This document shows, in pieces, positions 16,302 to 25,330 of a DNA stretch of 33,469 bases. The DNA comes from Chloroflexota bacterium (GTDB lineage Bacteria > Chloroflexota > Chloroflexia > Thermomicrobiales > UBA6265), in the NCBI GenBank assembly GCA_023415845.1, contig JAEZJB010000079.1, forward strand, positions 1-33,469. The letters run 5' to 3'. Within the stretch, counting starts at the first letter, position 1, and every line of letters begins with the position of its first letter. The notes beneath the pieces are model-generated. The model was not told the origin of the DNA. It saw only the letters and a list, made by a program, of their open reading frames with translations, and made no database searches. Both the position numbers and the translations under genes were made by a program.

Positions 16302-17993
16302 TTGCGCCGACGCAACAACTCCGAGTTCGACGCCTCGGACACCGTCACCTCTCCCCACCTCGCCAACGGCTCGTCGCGCCGAAGCGACAGCGATGTCACA
16401 TACGGCAGCATCTGGACAACTCCGTCCACTGTGGCGGCCGAGGTTCGTGGCATTGCCGAGGCGCTTTCATCAGTCGATGACCGCGCCTCGTCTCGCCTCC
16501 GGGATCTTGGAAATGCCCTCGACTCGGACGATGGGCGCTCGCGGTGGTCCGATGTGGACCTGCGCCGTGCCTTCAACACCGATCGCCTTTCCCACATGTA
16601 TGCCGTCGAAGCCGAAGGCGGCTACGCTCCCCGCCGGATCGAGGTTGCGGACAAGATCCGGAACGTGCTGGTGCTTGTGCCGATCCTGCTCACATGGGCA
16701 GCTCTCGCCGAAGCCGCGCGCGCCTACGATCGCTTTCTCGAGCAGAACCCCGAAGAACAGGGAACGCCCTTCCTCCTGCTCTGGCAGCGGGGGTTTGGTG
16801 GCGAAGCCAGCTGGTTCTCGCCCACCTTCTCGACCGTGGCCATCATCGATGCCGTCGTGATCGCCGCCATGATCCTCCTCACGTTCTACACCCATGGCCG
16901 TCGCGAGGAACAGGAAGACCTGATCGCCGACACGGCCGCGACCTTCCAAACCGAGTTCGACAACGTCATGGCCGAAGCCGGCGTGATTCTTGCAGCCGAT
17001 CGCGCCAACCGCCCGAACCAGATCGCGACGAGTGTCGAACGCATGGCTGATCGCTTTGATCGCGGCAGCCAGGAGCTCCTGACCCAGTTGCAGGTCGAAC
17101 ACGATCGGCTCGAACATCTGGCTGCTCGCCGCGAACGGGAATTCGCCGACTTCGGCAAGTTCGCCACCGGCATGCGGGCCGGCGCCGAAGAGATGCATCG
17201 CCTGCTGGTCGATCTGCGCCAGGTCTCGAGCAGCCTCGAAACCGCGCTTCAGGACCTGGCGAGTGATGTCGCGGCCTCCGGTGACCAGCAGCGATCGTTG
17301 CTTACTGCCGTGACGAGTCTCGAGCGGATGACCTCGTCGGCCATCCAGAGCGACCAGGCCGTCAATCGGCAACTCTCCCAGGCTGCGCGTAACCTGGCCG
17401 AAACCGCCGACAAGGCGCTCGTTGGCGCCGATCAGGCCGCCCAGGCCGGTCGCGTTGCTGGTGAGGCCGTTCGTGGCCTGGCGGAAATCGCCCAGCAAAT
17501 CGCTGACAGCCAGGAACGAGTCGACCGCCTCGTCATGGGCGATGTCGAAGCGACCCGCCGCCTGTCGGATGCACTGCTCAGCAATTCGGCGATGACCGAA
17601 TCCTCAACCCGCGCGCTGGGCGAGATCGGCTCCGGCTTCACCATGATCCGCAGCGAGCTGGAACGGCTCGGCGCCCAGACCGGCGAGCACGCCAACGCCC
17701 TTTCGGCTCTCCTCGCCCAGCAAACCGAGATTGCCAGGGATATCTCTGCCGTGTCGCGTGAGCTCGGCTCCGTCGGCATGACGACGGTCCAGCGGCAGCG
17801 CGAAGCAACTCAGGACCTGCAGCATCTCGTCCAGCGACTTGATAACCTTGCGACCACGATGAATCGAGTGCTGCAGAATGCGCCAACGGTCGAGAACCTC
17901 CAGAAGGCGTTCTCCGGCGCGCTCCGGGCCGAACTCGGCCAGCGGGACGGCACTTCCACGCCTCCCGTGCGCCAGGGCCCCTGGTCGCGATAA
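16302..17993 (+). CDS. Hypothetical 2-TM membrane protein with ~360-aa C-terminal helical (coiled-coil-like) tail
   Basis: TTG start with AAAGGGAAG upstream. Hydrophobic helices lie at about res 120-138 and 174-196 (the second contains IIDAVVI). The remainder is an A/L/Q/R/E-rich helical sequence with no enzymatic motif that I recognise. Confidence 0.7.
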   Translation: MRRRNNSEFDASDTVTSPHLANGSSRRSDSDVTYGSIWTTPSTVAAEVRGIAEALSSVDDRASSRLRDLGNALDSDDGRSRWSDVDLRRAFNTDRLSHMYAVEAEGGYAPRRIEVADKIRNVLVLVPILLTWAALAEAARAYDRFLEQNPEEQGTPFLLLWQRGFGGEASWFSPTFSTVAIIDAVVIAAMILLTFYTHGRREEQEDLIADTAATFQTEFDNVMAEAGVILAADRANRPNQIATSVERMADRFDRGSQELLTQLQVEHDRLEHLAARREREFADFGKFATGMRAGAEEMHRLLVDLRQVSSSLETALQDLASDVAASGDQQRSLLTAVTSLERMTSSAIQSDQAVNRQLSQAARNLAETADKALVGADQAAQAGRVAGEAVRGLAEIAQQIADSQERVDRLVMGDVEATRRLSDALLSNSAMTESSTRALGEIGSGFTMIRSELERLGAQTGEHANALSALLAQQTEIARDISAVSRELGSVGMTTVQRQREATQDLQHLVQRLDNLATTMNRVLQNAPTVENLQKAFSGALRAELGQRDGTSTPPVRQGPWSR

Positions 17994-18066
17994 TCGCTGG
18001 CCCCGACACGCCTCGAGCAGGCAGCCCGGCTGATCCGTCTCGCCGCCATCGCGTCGAAAGGTGACG

Positions 18067-19194
18067 ATGCAACCCTACAAGCGCCGTAAACGAACCCGAC
18101 GAGACATGTTCGTCCTCGGTGGCTGGCTCTTCGCTGACTTGCTGCTCGGGCTGGCCATGCTCTTCGCCGTCGCCAACACCGTGGGGCAGGCACCACCGAC
18201 GCCCACGCCGACCGCCACCCCGAACGAACTGGCGACCGCCGAATTCCAGCTGGCGATGGAGCAGGAAGCGAACCAGCAGACCGTCGAGGCGTTGCAGGGC
18301 CAGATCGACGAATCAGCCGTCTCGGCCCAACAAACACAGCAGGCAGCGGAAGATCTCTTCGCCGCCGCCACCCAGGCCGCCGCTGACAACGCCACCCGGG
18401 AGGCGATGACGGTCGACGAGCGGGCCACTGCCGATGCGCTGGCCACCCAGGAAGCATCGGCCGCTCAGGCAACGATCGCGGCCCTTGGCACCGAACAGTC
18501 AAGCTCCCAACAGGATGCCGCCACGCTGAACAACCAGTTGGCCACCAACGTCGCCCAGGCCACACAGGCCGCCCTCGATCTTCAGGCAGCTTCGACCGAG
18601 CAGGCAGCCGTTGCCCAGGTCGCCACCGAGAACGCCGCCTCCGGTGCCAACACCCAGGCCACATCGGAAGCCGCCCAAGCGGCGCTCGCAAACGCGCAGG
18701 CCACCACCGACGCCTCCAGCCAGCAGGTTGCCAATGCACAGGCGACCACGGACGCGGCGAATCAGGAACTCGCCAACGCCCAGGCGACGGCCGCCGCCGC
18801 CCAGCAACAGGTGCAACTCAATTCTCTCGGCCCCAATCCCGTGGTCGAAGTCATCCAGGTCGATCTGAATGGAGTGCTTGCTGGCGACAGTGACGCCATC
18901 GCGGACGCCGAGGCAGAACTCGATCGAGTGCTGGGCAAATACGTCAATGGTGACTCCTGTCGCATCGGCTTTGTCAACATTTCCTCCCGCGCGGCCGACA
19001 TCGGGCAGGGCGTACTGCTCTCGAGTACGATCGCGGAAATCGTGCAGGACCAGTTCCCCGAGCTGCTGCCAGAACCAGCCGACGGTTCGGCACCAGTTCT
19101 GACGAGTAATCCCATTGCCTATCCCAACACGACACCGGTCGGCGAGGTTGAATTGCAGCTCTTCCTTAGCGCCGGCTGCGAGCCGTCGGGATAG
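18067..19194 (+). CDS. Hypothetical single-TM protein with a MotB/ZorB-like N-terminus, a Q/A/T-rich extended spacer and a C-terminal globular domain
   Basis: ATG at 18067 with GAAAGG 7 nt upstream (the track lists GTG at 18061). MQPYKRRKRTRRDMFVLGGWLFADLLLGLAMLFAVA, then PPTPTPTATP, ~230 aa of Q/A/T-rich sequence, and a C-terminal ~110-aa domain ending GEVELQLFLSAGC. Confidence 0.7.
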   Translation: MQPYKRRKRTRRDMFVLGGWLFADLLLGLAMLFAVANTVGQAPPTPTPTATPNELATAEFQLAMEQEANQQTVEALQGQIDESAVSAQQTQQAAEDLFAAATQAAADNATREAMTVDERATADALATQEASAAQATIAALGTEQSSSQQDAATLNNQLATNVAQATQAALDLQAASTEQAAVAQVATENAASGANTQATSEAAQAALANAQATTDASSQQVANAQATTDAANQELANAQATAAAAQQQVQLNSLGPNPVVEVIQVDLNGVLAGDSDAIADAEAELDRVLGKYVNGDSCRIGFVNISSRAADIGQGVLLSSTIAEIVQDQFPELLPEPADGSAPVLTSNPIAYPNTTPVGEVELQLFLSAGCEPSG

Positions 19195-19381
19195 CCACCC
19201 TGGTGGTCATTCTCTCGCTTACTCGGCGAACGCACCGCTGCAGGAATGAAGTGGGTGATATGCTGTCGCCAATCGCCGGATTTGCGAAAGTCCCTGCCAG
19301 AGTGGGGAGCCCGGGCAAAACCGTCCGTGCTATACTTTGGGAAGTAACTGTACGACGCAGTCCAGAACTGGAGTATCAATC

Positions 19382-19735
19382 ATGGCCAAGCCACTCGAAA
19401 TCACCGATGCCACCTACCAGAACGAAGTCATCGCCTCGGACAAGCCGGTGCTCGTTGACTTCTGGGCCCCATGGTGTGGCCCGTGCCGCCTCGTCGGCCC
19501 TGTCCTGGAAGAGATCGCCGGCGAGCAGGCCTCGAAGCTGAAGATCGTCAAGGTCAACGTCGACGAGAACCAGAAGTACGCCGGTCAGCTCGGTGTCTTC
19601 AACATCCCGACCATGATCCTGTACAAGAACGGCGAGCCGGTCGACAAGATCGTCGGCGCCCTGCCGAAGCAGCAGCTCCTCGATCGCCTCACACCGCACC
19701 TCGATGCCGGGACCGAAGAGGTCATTGCCCTCTAG
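19382..19735 (+). CDS. trxA: Thioredoxin
   Basis: The internal ATG at 19382 follows a GGAG. VLVDFWAPWCGPCR active site, ~117 aa. Confidence 0.9.
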   Translation: MAKPLEITDATYQNEVIASDKPVLVDFWAPWCGPCRLVGPVLEEIAGEQASKLKIVKVNVDENQKYAGQLGVFNIPTMILYKNGEPVDKIVGALPKQQLLDRLTPHLDAGTEEVIAL

Positions 19736-19758
19736 TCTCAATCATTTCGCAAGGAAAG

Positions 19759-19789
19759 CGCTCGGTGGCCATGTGCCACCGGGCGTTTT
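19759..19789 (+). terminator. Rho-independent terminator of trxA
   Basis: An 11-bp stem (19759-19769 pairing with 19775-19785, one G-U pair), a 5-nt loop, then TTTT (19786-19789). Confidence 0.7.
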
Positions 19790-19961
19790 GGTTCCTGGGG
19801 CAGTCCAACCGGTCCCGGAGCGATCATGTAGGCGGCGAGGCCGTCCGACATGCATCCACCGGGCTCGACAGGTCCACGGCACGTGCTCTCCTCGGGCGAT
19901 ACCGTTTCCCGCCTCCACCACCAGATCCGGCCCGCAGAAACTGCGGGTCCCGGGTCAGCGA

Positions 19962-20627
19962 CTAGCGCGGATTCGGGCGACCGTGGAGATAGGCCGGCTC
20001 CAGCAGCACCGGGTCCTCCACCTGGCCGTCCTGCCAGCGTCGCCACCCCAACTCCGCCAGCACACCAGGCTGCCGATAGCCAAGTGTCACCATCGCGACG
20101 GGAATCCCCGCCTCGGCCAGCCGCTTTCGCTGCGCGGCGTCAAGCTCCCCCACCACCATGGTCGCCGCAGAGTCGGCCAACTCCTGCGCGAATTCGTCAA
20201 GCGATGAGTTTCTCGCCGCGCCGACTTCACCGACTCCAAACCTGGCCCACACCACCCTGCCGCGACCAGCTGGGGCGACGGCCACGCACCTGACACCCGC
20301 CTCGGCAAACGGCCTCGACACGATCTCCAGCGTCGGGACGCCGATCAGCGCGCAGCCACGGGCGAGCGCAAACCCCTTGGCAATGCTCAGCCCCACGCGC
20401 AATCCCGTGAAGGAGCCCGGGCCGATCGACACCGCCACCGCACCGACGTCATCGAGCGAGACGCCGGCGTCGCGCGCCATCGACTCAATCTGCGGCAACA
20501 CCGTCGTGGTTTGCTGCCGACCACCTGGCCACGATCTCGCAACCACCGCGCTGCCGTTGAAAAGGGCTACACCCGCCTGATCCGTGGCGGTATCGATGGC
20601 GAGGAGCCATGTTTCCGTATCTGGCAT
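19962..20627 (-). CDS. tsaB: tRNA t6A37 threonylcarbamoyl-adenosine biosynthesis protein TsaB (YeaZ)
   Basis: LLAIDTATDQAGVALF..., VAVSIGPGSFTGLRVGLSIAKGFA. I chose the internal ATG at 20627 (MPDTETW); the listed start is 20699. Confidence 0.85.
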   Translation of the reverse strand: MPDTETWLLAIDTATDQAGVALFNGSAVVARSWPGGRQQTTTVLPQIESMARDAGVSLDDVGAVAVSIGPGSFTGLRVGLSIAKGFALARGCALIGVPTLEIVSRPFAEAGVRCVAVAPAGRGRVVWARFGVGEVGAARNSSLDEFAQELADSAATMVVGELDAAQRKRLAEAGIPVAMVTLGYRQPGVLAELGWRRWQDGQVEDPVLLEPAYLHGRPNPR

Positions 20628-20832
20628 TCTTCGCCGATCTCCTTGCCCGATCATTAACAATGGAACCCCTGGCATGTTAAGCTTTGGCCAACCATTCAAC
20701 CGAATGCGTGGTAGAAGATTCGGTATCGTTTTGCCGCCAACGCGACTCGCGGCGGGGCAGGAAATCCAGTCTACGCCGGATCACGCCACCACGGCATCCG
20801 GTGTGCGCCCATGAGCGGGCACGAGGTCAGGT

Positions 20833-21804
20833 ATGGAAACAACGAGTGGCACCGTTAGCGGAACGGCCACATATGCAGACGAGAAATTCGTCGTCGCCCG
20901 CCGGTCGTTGCGCGACCGCCTTGGCAGCAAGGAATGGGTGCTCTTTCTCATCTTCATCGCCCCAAACTTCTTCTTCTTGTTCCTGTTCACCTACTGGCCG
21001 CTCTGGGAGAACATCAAGCTCAGCTTCCAGCGCACGGACCTGCTGGCGTTCACCGGGAACAACACCTGGGTCGGCTGGGACAATTACGAGTACATCTTCA
21101 CCAACCGCACCTTCCAGCAGGTGCTGCGCAATACGGGTATCTTCATCGTTGCCTGTGTGGCGCTCACCATTGGCCTGGGACTCCTGGTTGCCCTGCTCCT
21201 GAACCAGAAGCTCCGCGCCCGCACCGCCGTTCGCGCCGTGGTCTTCGCGCCATTCCTGCTTTCCGGCGCCGCCATCGGCATTGTCTGGGCCTACATCTTC
21301 GATCCCCGCTTCGGCCTGTTGGCGCAGGTCCTCGGCTGGTTCAGCATCCCATCGCCCCACTGGCTTGACCGTCCCGAATGGGCCCTGCCTGCCGTCATCA
21401 TCGTCTACGTCTGGAAGAACCTTGGCTTCGCGGCCGTCATCTTCCTCGCGGGACTCCAGGCGATTCCGCAGGACCTCTACGACGCTGCCAAGATCGATGG
21501 CGCGAACGCCTGGTGGAGATTCAAGTCAGTCACCATCCCCATGCTCTCGCCCATCATGTTCTTCCTGTTCATCACGTCGATCCTCGCCACCTTCCAGGCC
21601 TTCGACATCATCCAGGTCATGACCGACGGCGGTCCCGCCTACGCGACCACCACGCTCGTCTATTACGTCTACCAGCAGGGTTTCGGCCAGGGAGCCAACT
21701 TCGGCCGTGCCGCCGCTGCCGCCGTGGTGCTGTTCATCTCCATGTTGATCGTCACCGCCGTTCAAATGCGTTTCACCGAGAAGAAGGTTCACTACGATGG
21801 ATAG
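20833..21804 (+). CDS. Carbohydrate (CUT1) ABC transporter permease, MalF/UgpA-like
   Basis: Six-TM pattern with the EAA-loop LYDAAKIDGANAWWRFKSVTIPML. Confidence 0.9.
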   Translation: METTSGTVSGTATYADEKFVVARRSLRDRLGSKEWVLFLIFIAPNFFFLFLFTYWPLWENIKLSFQRTDLLAFTGNNTWVGWDNYEYIFTNRTFQQVLRNTGIFIVACVALTIGLGLLVALLLNQKLRARTAVRAVVFAPFLLSGAAIGIVWAYIFDPRFGLLAQVLGWFSIPSPHWLDRPEWALPAVIIVYVWKNLGFAAVIFLAGLQAIPQDLYDAAKIDGANAWWRFKSVTIPMLSPIMFFLFITSILATFQAFDIIQVMTDGGPAYATTTLVYYVYQQGFGQGANFGRAAAAAVVLFISMLIVTAVQMRFTEKKVHYDG

Positions 21805-22669
21805 TGGTTCGCTGGCCCGCCAGCAGCTGTTCGGGAAAGTTGGCGCCTATATCGGCATGGCCTTCGTGGTCATCGTCATCGGCGCCCCGCTCTTCTGGAT
21901 GCTGTCGAGTTCGCTCAAGACGCTCCAGCAGATCTACACCGTGCCACCTCAGTGGATCCCCACGAGTCCGGAGTGGAGCAATTACCGGGAAGCCTGGAAT
22001 TCGGTCCCGTTCGGCCGGTTCTACCTGAACTCGATCATCATCACGTTCTTCGGGTCGGCCCTGCAGATCATCTGCGGCACGCTCTGTGCTTATGCCTTCG
22101 CCTTCCTGGCGTTCCCGGGCAAGAACTGGTTGTTCCTGCTCGTGCTCGCCGCCCTGATGGTGCCGCAGGAAGTCGTCATCCTTCCGAACTTCCTCTTCTT
22201 CGGCAACACCGTCCGTGACTGGTTCGGCCTGGAGAAAAACTGGGTCAACACCTACCAGGCTATTATCCTGCCCGGTGCTGCCACGGCATTCGGCACGTTC
22301 CTCATGCGCCAGGGATTCATGGGCCTGCCCCGCGACGTTCTGGACGCAGCCAAGGTCGACGGTGCCGGTCACATGCGCACGATGTTTGGCATCGTGCTGC
22401 CGATGGCCAAACCAATCGTGATCACCTTCGCCATGATTTCCGTCGTCAACAAGTGGAACGACTACCTCTGGCCCTTGATCATCACCCGCACGCTCGAAAT
22501 GCGACCGATTACGGTTGGCGTCCGCCTCCTCTTCGATGCGGAAGGCAACAACAACTGGGGTGTCATCATGGCCGGCACCACCTTCGTCGTTCTACCATTG
22601 ATCATCGTCTACATCTTCGCCCAACGCTTCATCATCGCGGGCCTCACCGCCGGCGCGACGAAGGGATAG
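21797..22669 (+). CDS. Carbohydrate (CUT1) ABC transporter permease, MalG/UgpE-like
   Basis: Overlaps the preceding permease by 8 bp. EAA-loop VLDAAKVDGAGHMRTMFGIVLPMAKP. Confidence 0.9.
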   Translation: MDSGSLARQQLFGKVGAYIGMAFVVIVIGAPLFWMLSSSLKTLQQIYTVPPQWIPTSPEWSNYREAWNSVPFGRFYLNSIIITFFGSALQIICGTLCAYAFAFLAFPGKNWLFLLVLAALMVPQEVVILPNFLFFGNTVRDWFGLEKNWVNTYQAIILPGAATAFGTFLMRQGFMGLPRDVLDAAKVDGAGHMRTMFGIVLPMAKPIVITFAMISVVNKWNDYLWPLIITRTLEMRPITVGVRLLFDAEGNNNWGVIMAGTTFVVLPLIIVYIFAQRFIIAGLTAGATKG

Positions 22670-22827
22670 GTCCCGGGATCGCGTCGCGAAGTTTCGCGAT
22701 CTGACAACAATCGTGGCGCTAGCAAACCGCACGCTTGTGTATGGCTGCGGATGGCGTGAGAAACATGGGTCCCAGCGTGCGGCCAGGTGGGTCGCGTGGC
22801 AAGTACGATCAAGGAGGATCGAAGACC

Positions 22828-24156
22828 ATGGTCAAGCACATCTCTCGACGTTCGCTGGTCAAGGGTGCCGCCGGTGCCGGTGTCGCCGCGGCCAGTATTG
22901 GCTCGCTCGGTGCCGCCAGCTCAACGTTCGCTGCTCCCGCCGTCATCCAGAGTGGCCCGGTCGAGCTGCAGTACTGGACGTCGTTCGGTAGCGGCGTGAA
23001 CGGTGACGCCCAGACCGCCCTGATCGATGCATTCCACGCATCGCAGAGCGATATCAAGGTCGTCCCCCAGATCCTCGAGAACTACGAGGCGATCGCCGCC
23101 CAGCTCATCACCGGTCTCCAGACGGGCGATGTTCCGCACGTGGCCATCCTCTCGGACGTCTGGTGGTTCCGGTTCTACCTGTCCCAGTCGATCCAGGACC
23201 TGACGCCGTTCCTTGGCGATCTCGACACCGAGGACTACGTCGAGTCCCTCTTCGTCGAGTACGCCCGTAATGGTGGCCAGTATGCGGTGCCGTTCGCCCG
23301 CTCCACCCCGCTCTTCTACTACAACGCCGACGCCTTCGAGGCTGCTGGTGTGAGCGAGGACGCGGTGGCCACCTGGTCGTCGTTCCGCGAAGCCGCGCCC
23401 GAACTCATCTCCGGCTCGGGCAAGGAAGCCGCCTTCCTCTTCGGCAATGCCGCGTCCTACGGTGCCTGGGTGCTCCAGGGTCCCACCTGGGCCTTCGGCG
23501 GCGCCTACTCCAACCCCGAGTTCCAGATCCAGCTGACTGAAGAGGGCGCCGTCAACACCGCCACCTTCATGCAGGAATTCGTCACCAGCGGCAACGCCCT
23601 CGCGGTGGCCGACCCGGTCGTGGACTTCGGCAACGAAGTCGCTTGCGCCATCATGGGTTCGACCGGCTCGCTCGGCACCATCCGCACGGCGTCGGAAGGC
23701 AAGTTCAACTTCAAGACCGCCTTCCTGCCGGAAGAACTGCAGTTCGGTTGCTGCACCGGCGGTGCCGGCCTGGCGATGATTGCCGGCCTCGATGAGACCT
23801 ATCAGGCCGCGGCGATCGAGTTCATGAAGTTCTCAACCTCGCCCGAAACCACCACCACCTGGTCGCAGGCCACAGGCTACATGCCGGTCCGCACCTCGGC
23901 GATTGCGTCCGAAGCCGAGCAGGCATTCCTCGACGAGAACCCGAATGCCCGCACCGCGGTCGAGCAGCTCTCCCTGACCCAGCCGCAGGATTCTGCCCGC
24001 GTCTTCATCCCCAACGGCGACCAGATGCTTGGTCGTGGCTGGGAGCAGATCCTCGTTCAGACCCGCGACGTCACGGAAGTCTGGGAGGAAGTCACTGCGG
24101 AACTCGAGCCGGAGGCGGAGATCGTCCTCGAGCAGCTGGCCGCCATCGAAGGCTAG
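22828..24156 (+). CDS. ABC transporter extracellular solute-binding protein (family 1) with Tat-type signal
   Basis: ATG at 22828 preceded by AAGGAGGA. The signal is MVKHISRRSLVKGAAGAGVAAA. The body is typical of sugar-binding SBPs (LQYWTSFG..., YYNADAFEAAG). Confidence 0.9.
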   Translation: MVKHISRRSLVKGAAGAGVAAASIGSLGAASSTFAAPAVIQSGPVELQYWTSFGSGVNGDAQTALIDAFHASQSDIKVVPQILENYEAIAAQLITGLQTGDVPHVAILSDVWWFRFYLSQSIQDLTPFLGDLDTEDYVESLFVEYARNGGQYAVPFARSTPLFYYNADAFEAAGVSEDAVATWSSFREAAPELISGSGKEAAFLFGNAASYGAWVLQGPTWAFGGAYSNPEFQIQLTEEGAVNTATFMQEFVTSGNALAVADPVVDFGNEVACAIMGSTGSLGTIRTASEGKFNFKTAFLPEELQFGCCTGGAGLAMIAGLDETYQAAAIEFMKFSTSPETTTTWSQATGYMPVRTSAIASEAEQAFLDENPNARTAVEQLSLTQPQDSARVFIPNGDQMLGRGWEQILVQTRDVTEVWEEVTAELEPEAEIVLEQLAAIEG

Positions 24157-24193
24157 TCGCCAGCACGATCTGGCCCAGCAAGGGCCACGAAAA

Positions 24194-24222
24194 CGGGGCA
24201 CGGACAAATGGTCCGTGCCCCG
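24194..24222. terminator. Bidirectional terminator hairpin between the SBP gene and tsaE
   Basis: Perfect 12-bp stem CGGGGCACGGAC / GTCCGTGCCCCG with a 5-nt loop. It is flanked by GAAAA on the left (a T-run on the minus strand) and by CTCTCATTTCC on the right. Confidence 0.6.
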
Positions 24223-24242
24223 CTCTCATTTCCGCTCACGCG

Positions 24243-24722
24243 CTATTCCGCCAGGTGCCGGGATATCTCGACATACCGCCCGCCACCCGGCGCATGCGTG
24301 ATCCGCACCAGCAGAAAGCGCTCTGGAAGCCAGTCCTCGGCGCGTTCGGGCCATTCGATCAGCGACACACCGTCTGCTGGATCGAGGAATTGATCGTAGC
24401 CGAGATCTTCCAGTTCATCCGCCGTCTCCAGCCGGTAGAGGTCGAGGTGATGCAGCGTCACCTTTTGCCCGTCCGCAAGCCATCCCTGGTGATCTGCCAC
24501 CAGCCCAAATGTCGGACTCTGGATTGGCTCGACGACTCCCATCCCGGCCGCGATTCCCTGCACGAGCGTTGTCTTCCCTGCGCCGAGATCCCCGTGGAGC
24601 AACACGACATCCCCCGGGGAGAGGTCCTGCGCCAGCGTGCGTCCAAGTGCCTGCATCGCGGCATGATCCGGCACTACCTGAATTCCGTCCGGCACGAGCA
24701 CGGCTGTCACTCGGTTCGCCAC
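24243..24722 (-). CDS. tsaE: tRNA t6A37 biosynthesis ATPase TsaE (YjeE)
   Basis: Walker [30 protein letters not shown]. Confidence 0.9.
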   Translation of the reverse strand: MANRVTAVLVPDGIQVVPDHAAMQALGRTLAQDLSPGDVVLLHGDLGAGKTTLVQGIAAGMGVVEPIQSPTFGLVADHQGWLADGQKVTLHHLDLYRLETADELEDLGYDQFLDPADGVSLIEWPERAEDWLPERFLLVRITHAPGGGRYVEISRHLAE

Positions 24723-25330
24723 ATCGTCACGGCCTCGACTGGCCGTCGGGTGCGCGTGGGAGAGTCGCCAGCCGGGTAGCCCACGTAGATGAATCCGAGT
24801 ACCTTGCCCTGCTCGGACAGCCCGAGATACTCGCGCACCTCTGGCGTAAACGCCATCCAGCCGCTGCGCCAGATCGCCGCCAGTCCCAAAGCGTCTGCCG
24901 CCAGCAGCATGTTCTGGGCAGCGGCTGCCACGGCACAGACCTCCTCGATCTCGGGCGCAGTTGGGTCCGGCTCGACTCCGACACCGATCACATATGGTGC
25001 GCGTAGCGGCTTCCGGGCAGCAGATTCCGCAGCCGCTGCCTTCTTTGCAGGATCATCGTACCGAGCGGCATCTACCGCTCCCATCACGGCACCCAGGGCG
25101 TTCCGCGCCTCACCTTCCAGCACGACGAACCGCCAGGGTTCCGTCATGTGGTGATTTGGCGCCCAGGTGCCCGCCTCCAGAATCGTCTGGATCAATTCAC
25201 GCGGAGGAACCTGGTCCGTCATCTTTCCCATGCTGCGGCGATGGCGAATCGCCGCCAGGATCGGGTCGTCGGTTTGGGCGAGGTGGCTGCTAAAGGCCGC
25301 TGTTTCTGTCATGGTGAAAGGGAACTCCAT
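24707..25330 (-). CDS. Nitroreductase-family (FMN) protein
   Basis: AIRHRRSMGKM...ILEAGTWAPNHHMTEPWRFVVL is a typical nitroreductase N-terminus. It overlaps tsaE by 16 bp. An alternative start lies at 25312. Confidence 0.85.
   Translation of the reverse strand: MEFPFTMTETAAFSSHLAQTDDPILAAIRHRRSMGKMTDQVPPRELIQTILEAGTWAPNHHMTEPWRFVVLEGEARNALGAVMGAVDAARYDDPAKKAAAAESAARKPLRAPYVIGVGVEPDPTAPEIEEVCAVAAAAQNMLLAADALGLAAIWRSGWMAFTPEVREYLGLSEQGKVLGFIYVGYPAGDSPTRTRRPVEAVTMWRTE

Noticed and set aside
16470-18739. Long minus-strand ORFs (342 aa at 16470-17498; 309 aa at 17810-18739) opposite the membrane-pair genes
   Set aside because: Their Arg/Pro/Trp/Gly-rich, low-complexity translations are characteristic of antisense frames of GC-rich genes. 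The plus-strand frames have SD sequences, TM helices and coherent composition.
18200-18830. Repetitive-looking GC-rich DNA considered as a CRISPR array or microsatellite
   Set aside because: There is no repeat-spacer periodicity. The repetition is in-frame, low-complexity Q/A/T coding sequence of gene B, with synonymous divergence between units.
19790-19961. Possible small gene or sRNA between the trxA terminator and the tsaB stop
   Set aside because: Only an Ala/Gly/Pro-rich shadow ORF (19738-20046) and a weak hairpin (CCCGCAG-AAA-CTGCGGG, about 19931-19949) are present, with no SD-preceded ORF or recognisable RNA motif.
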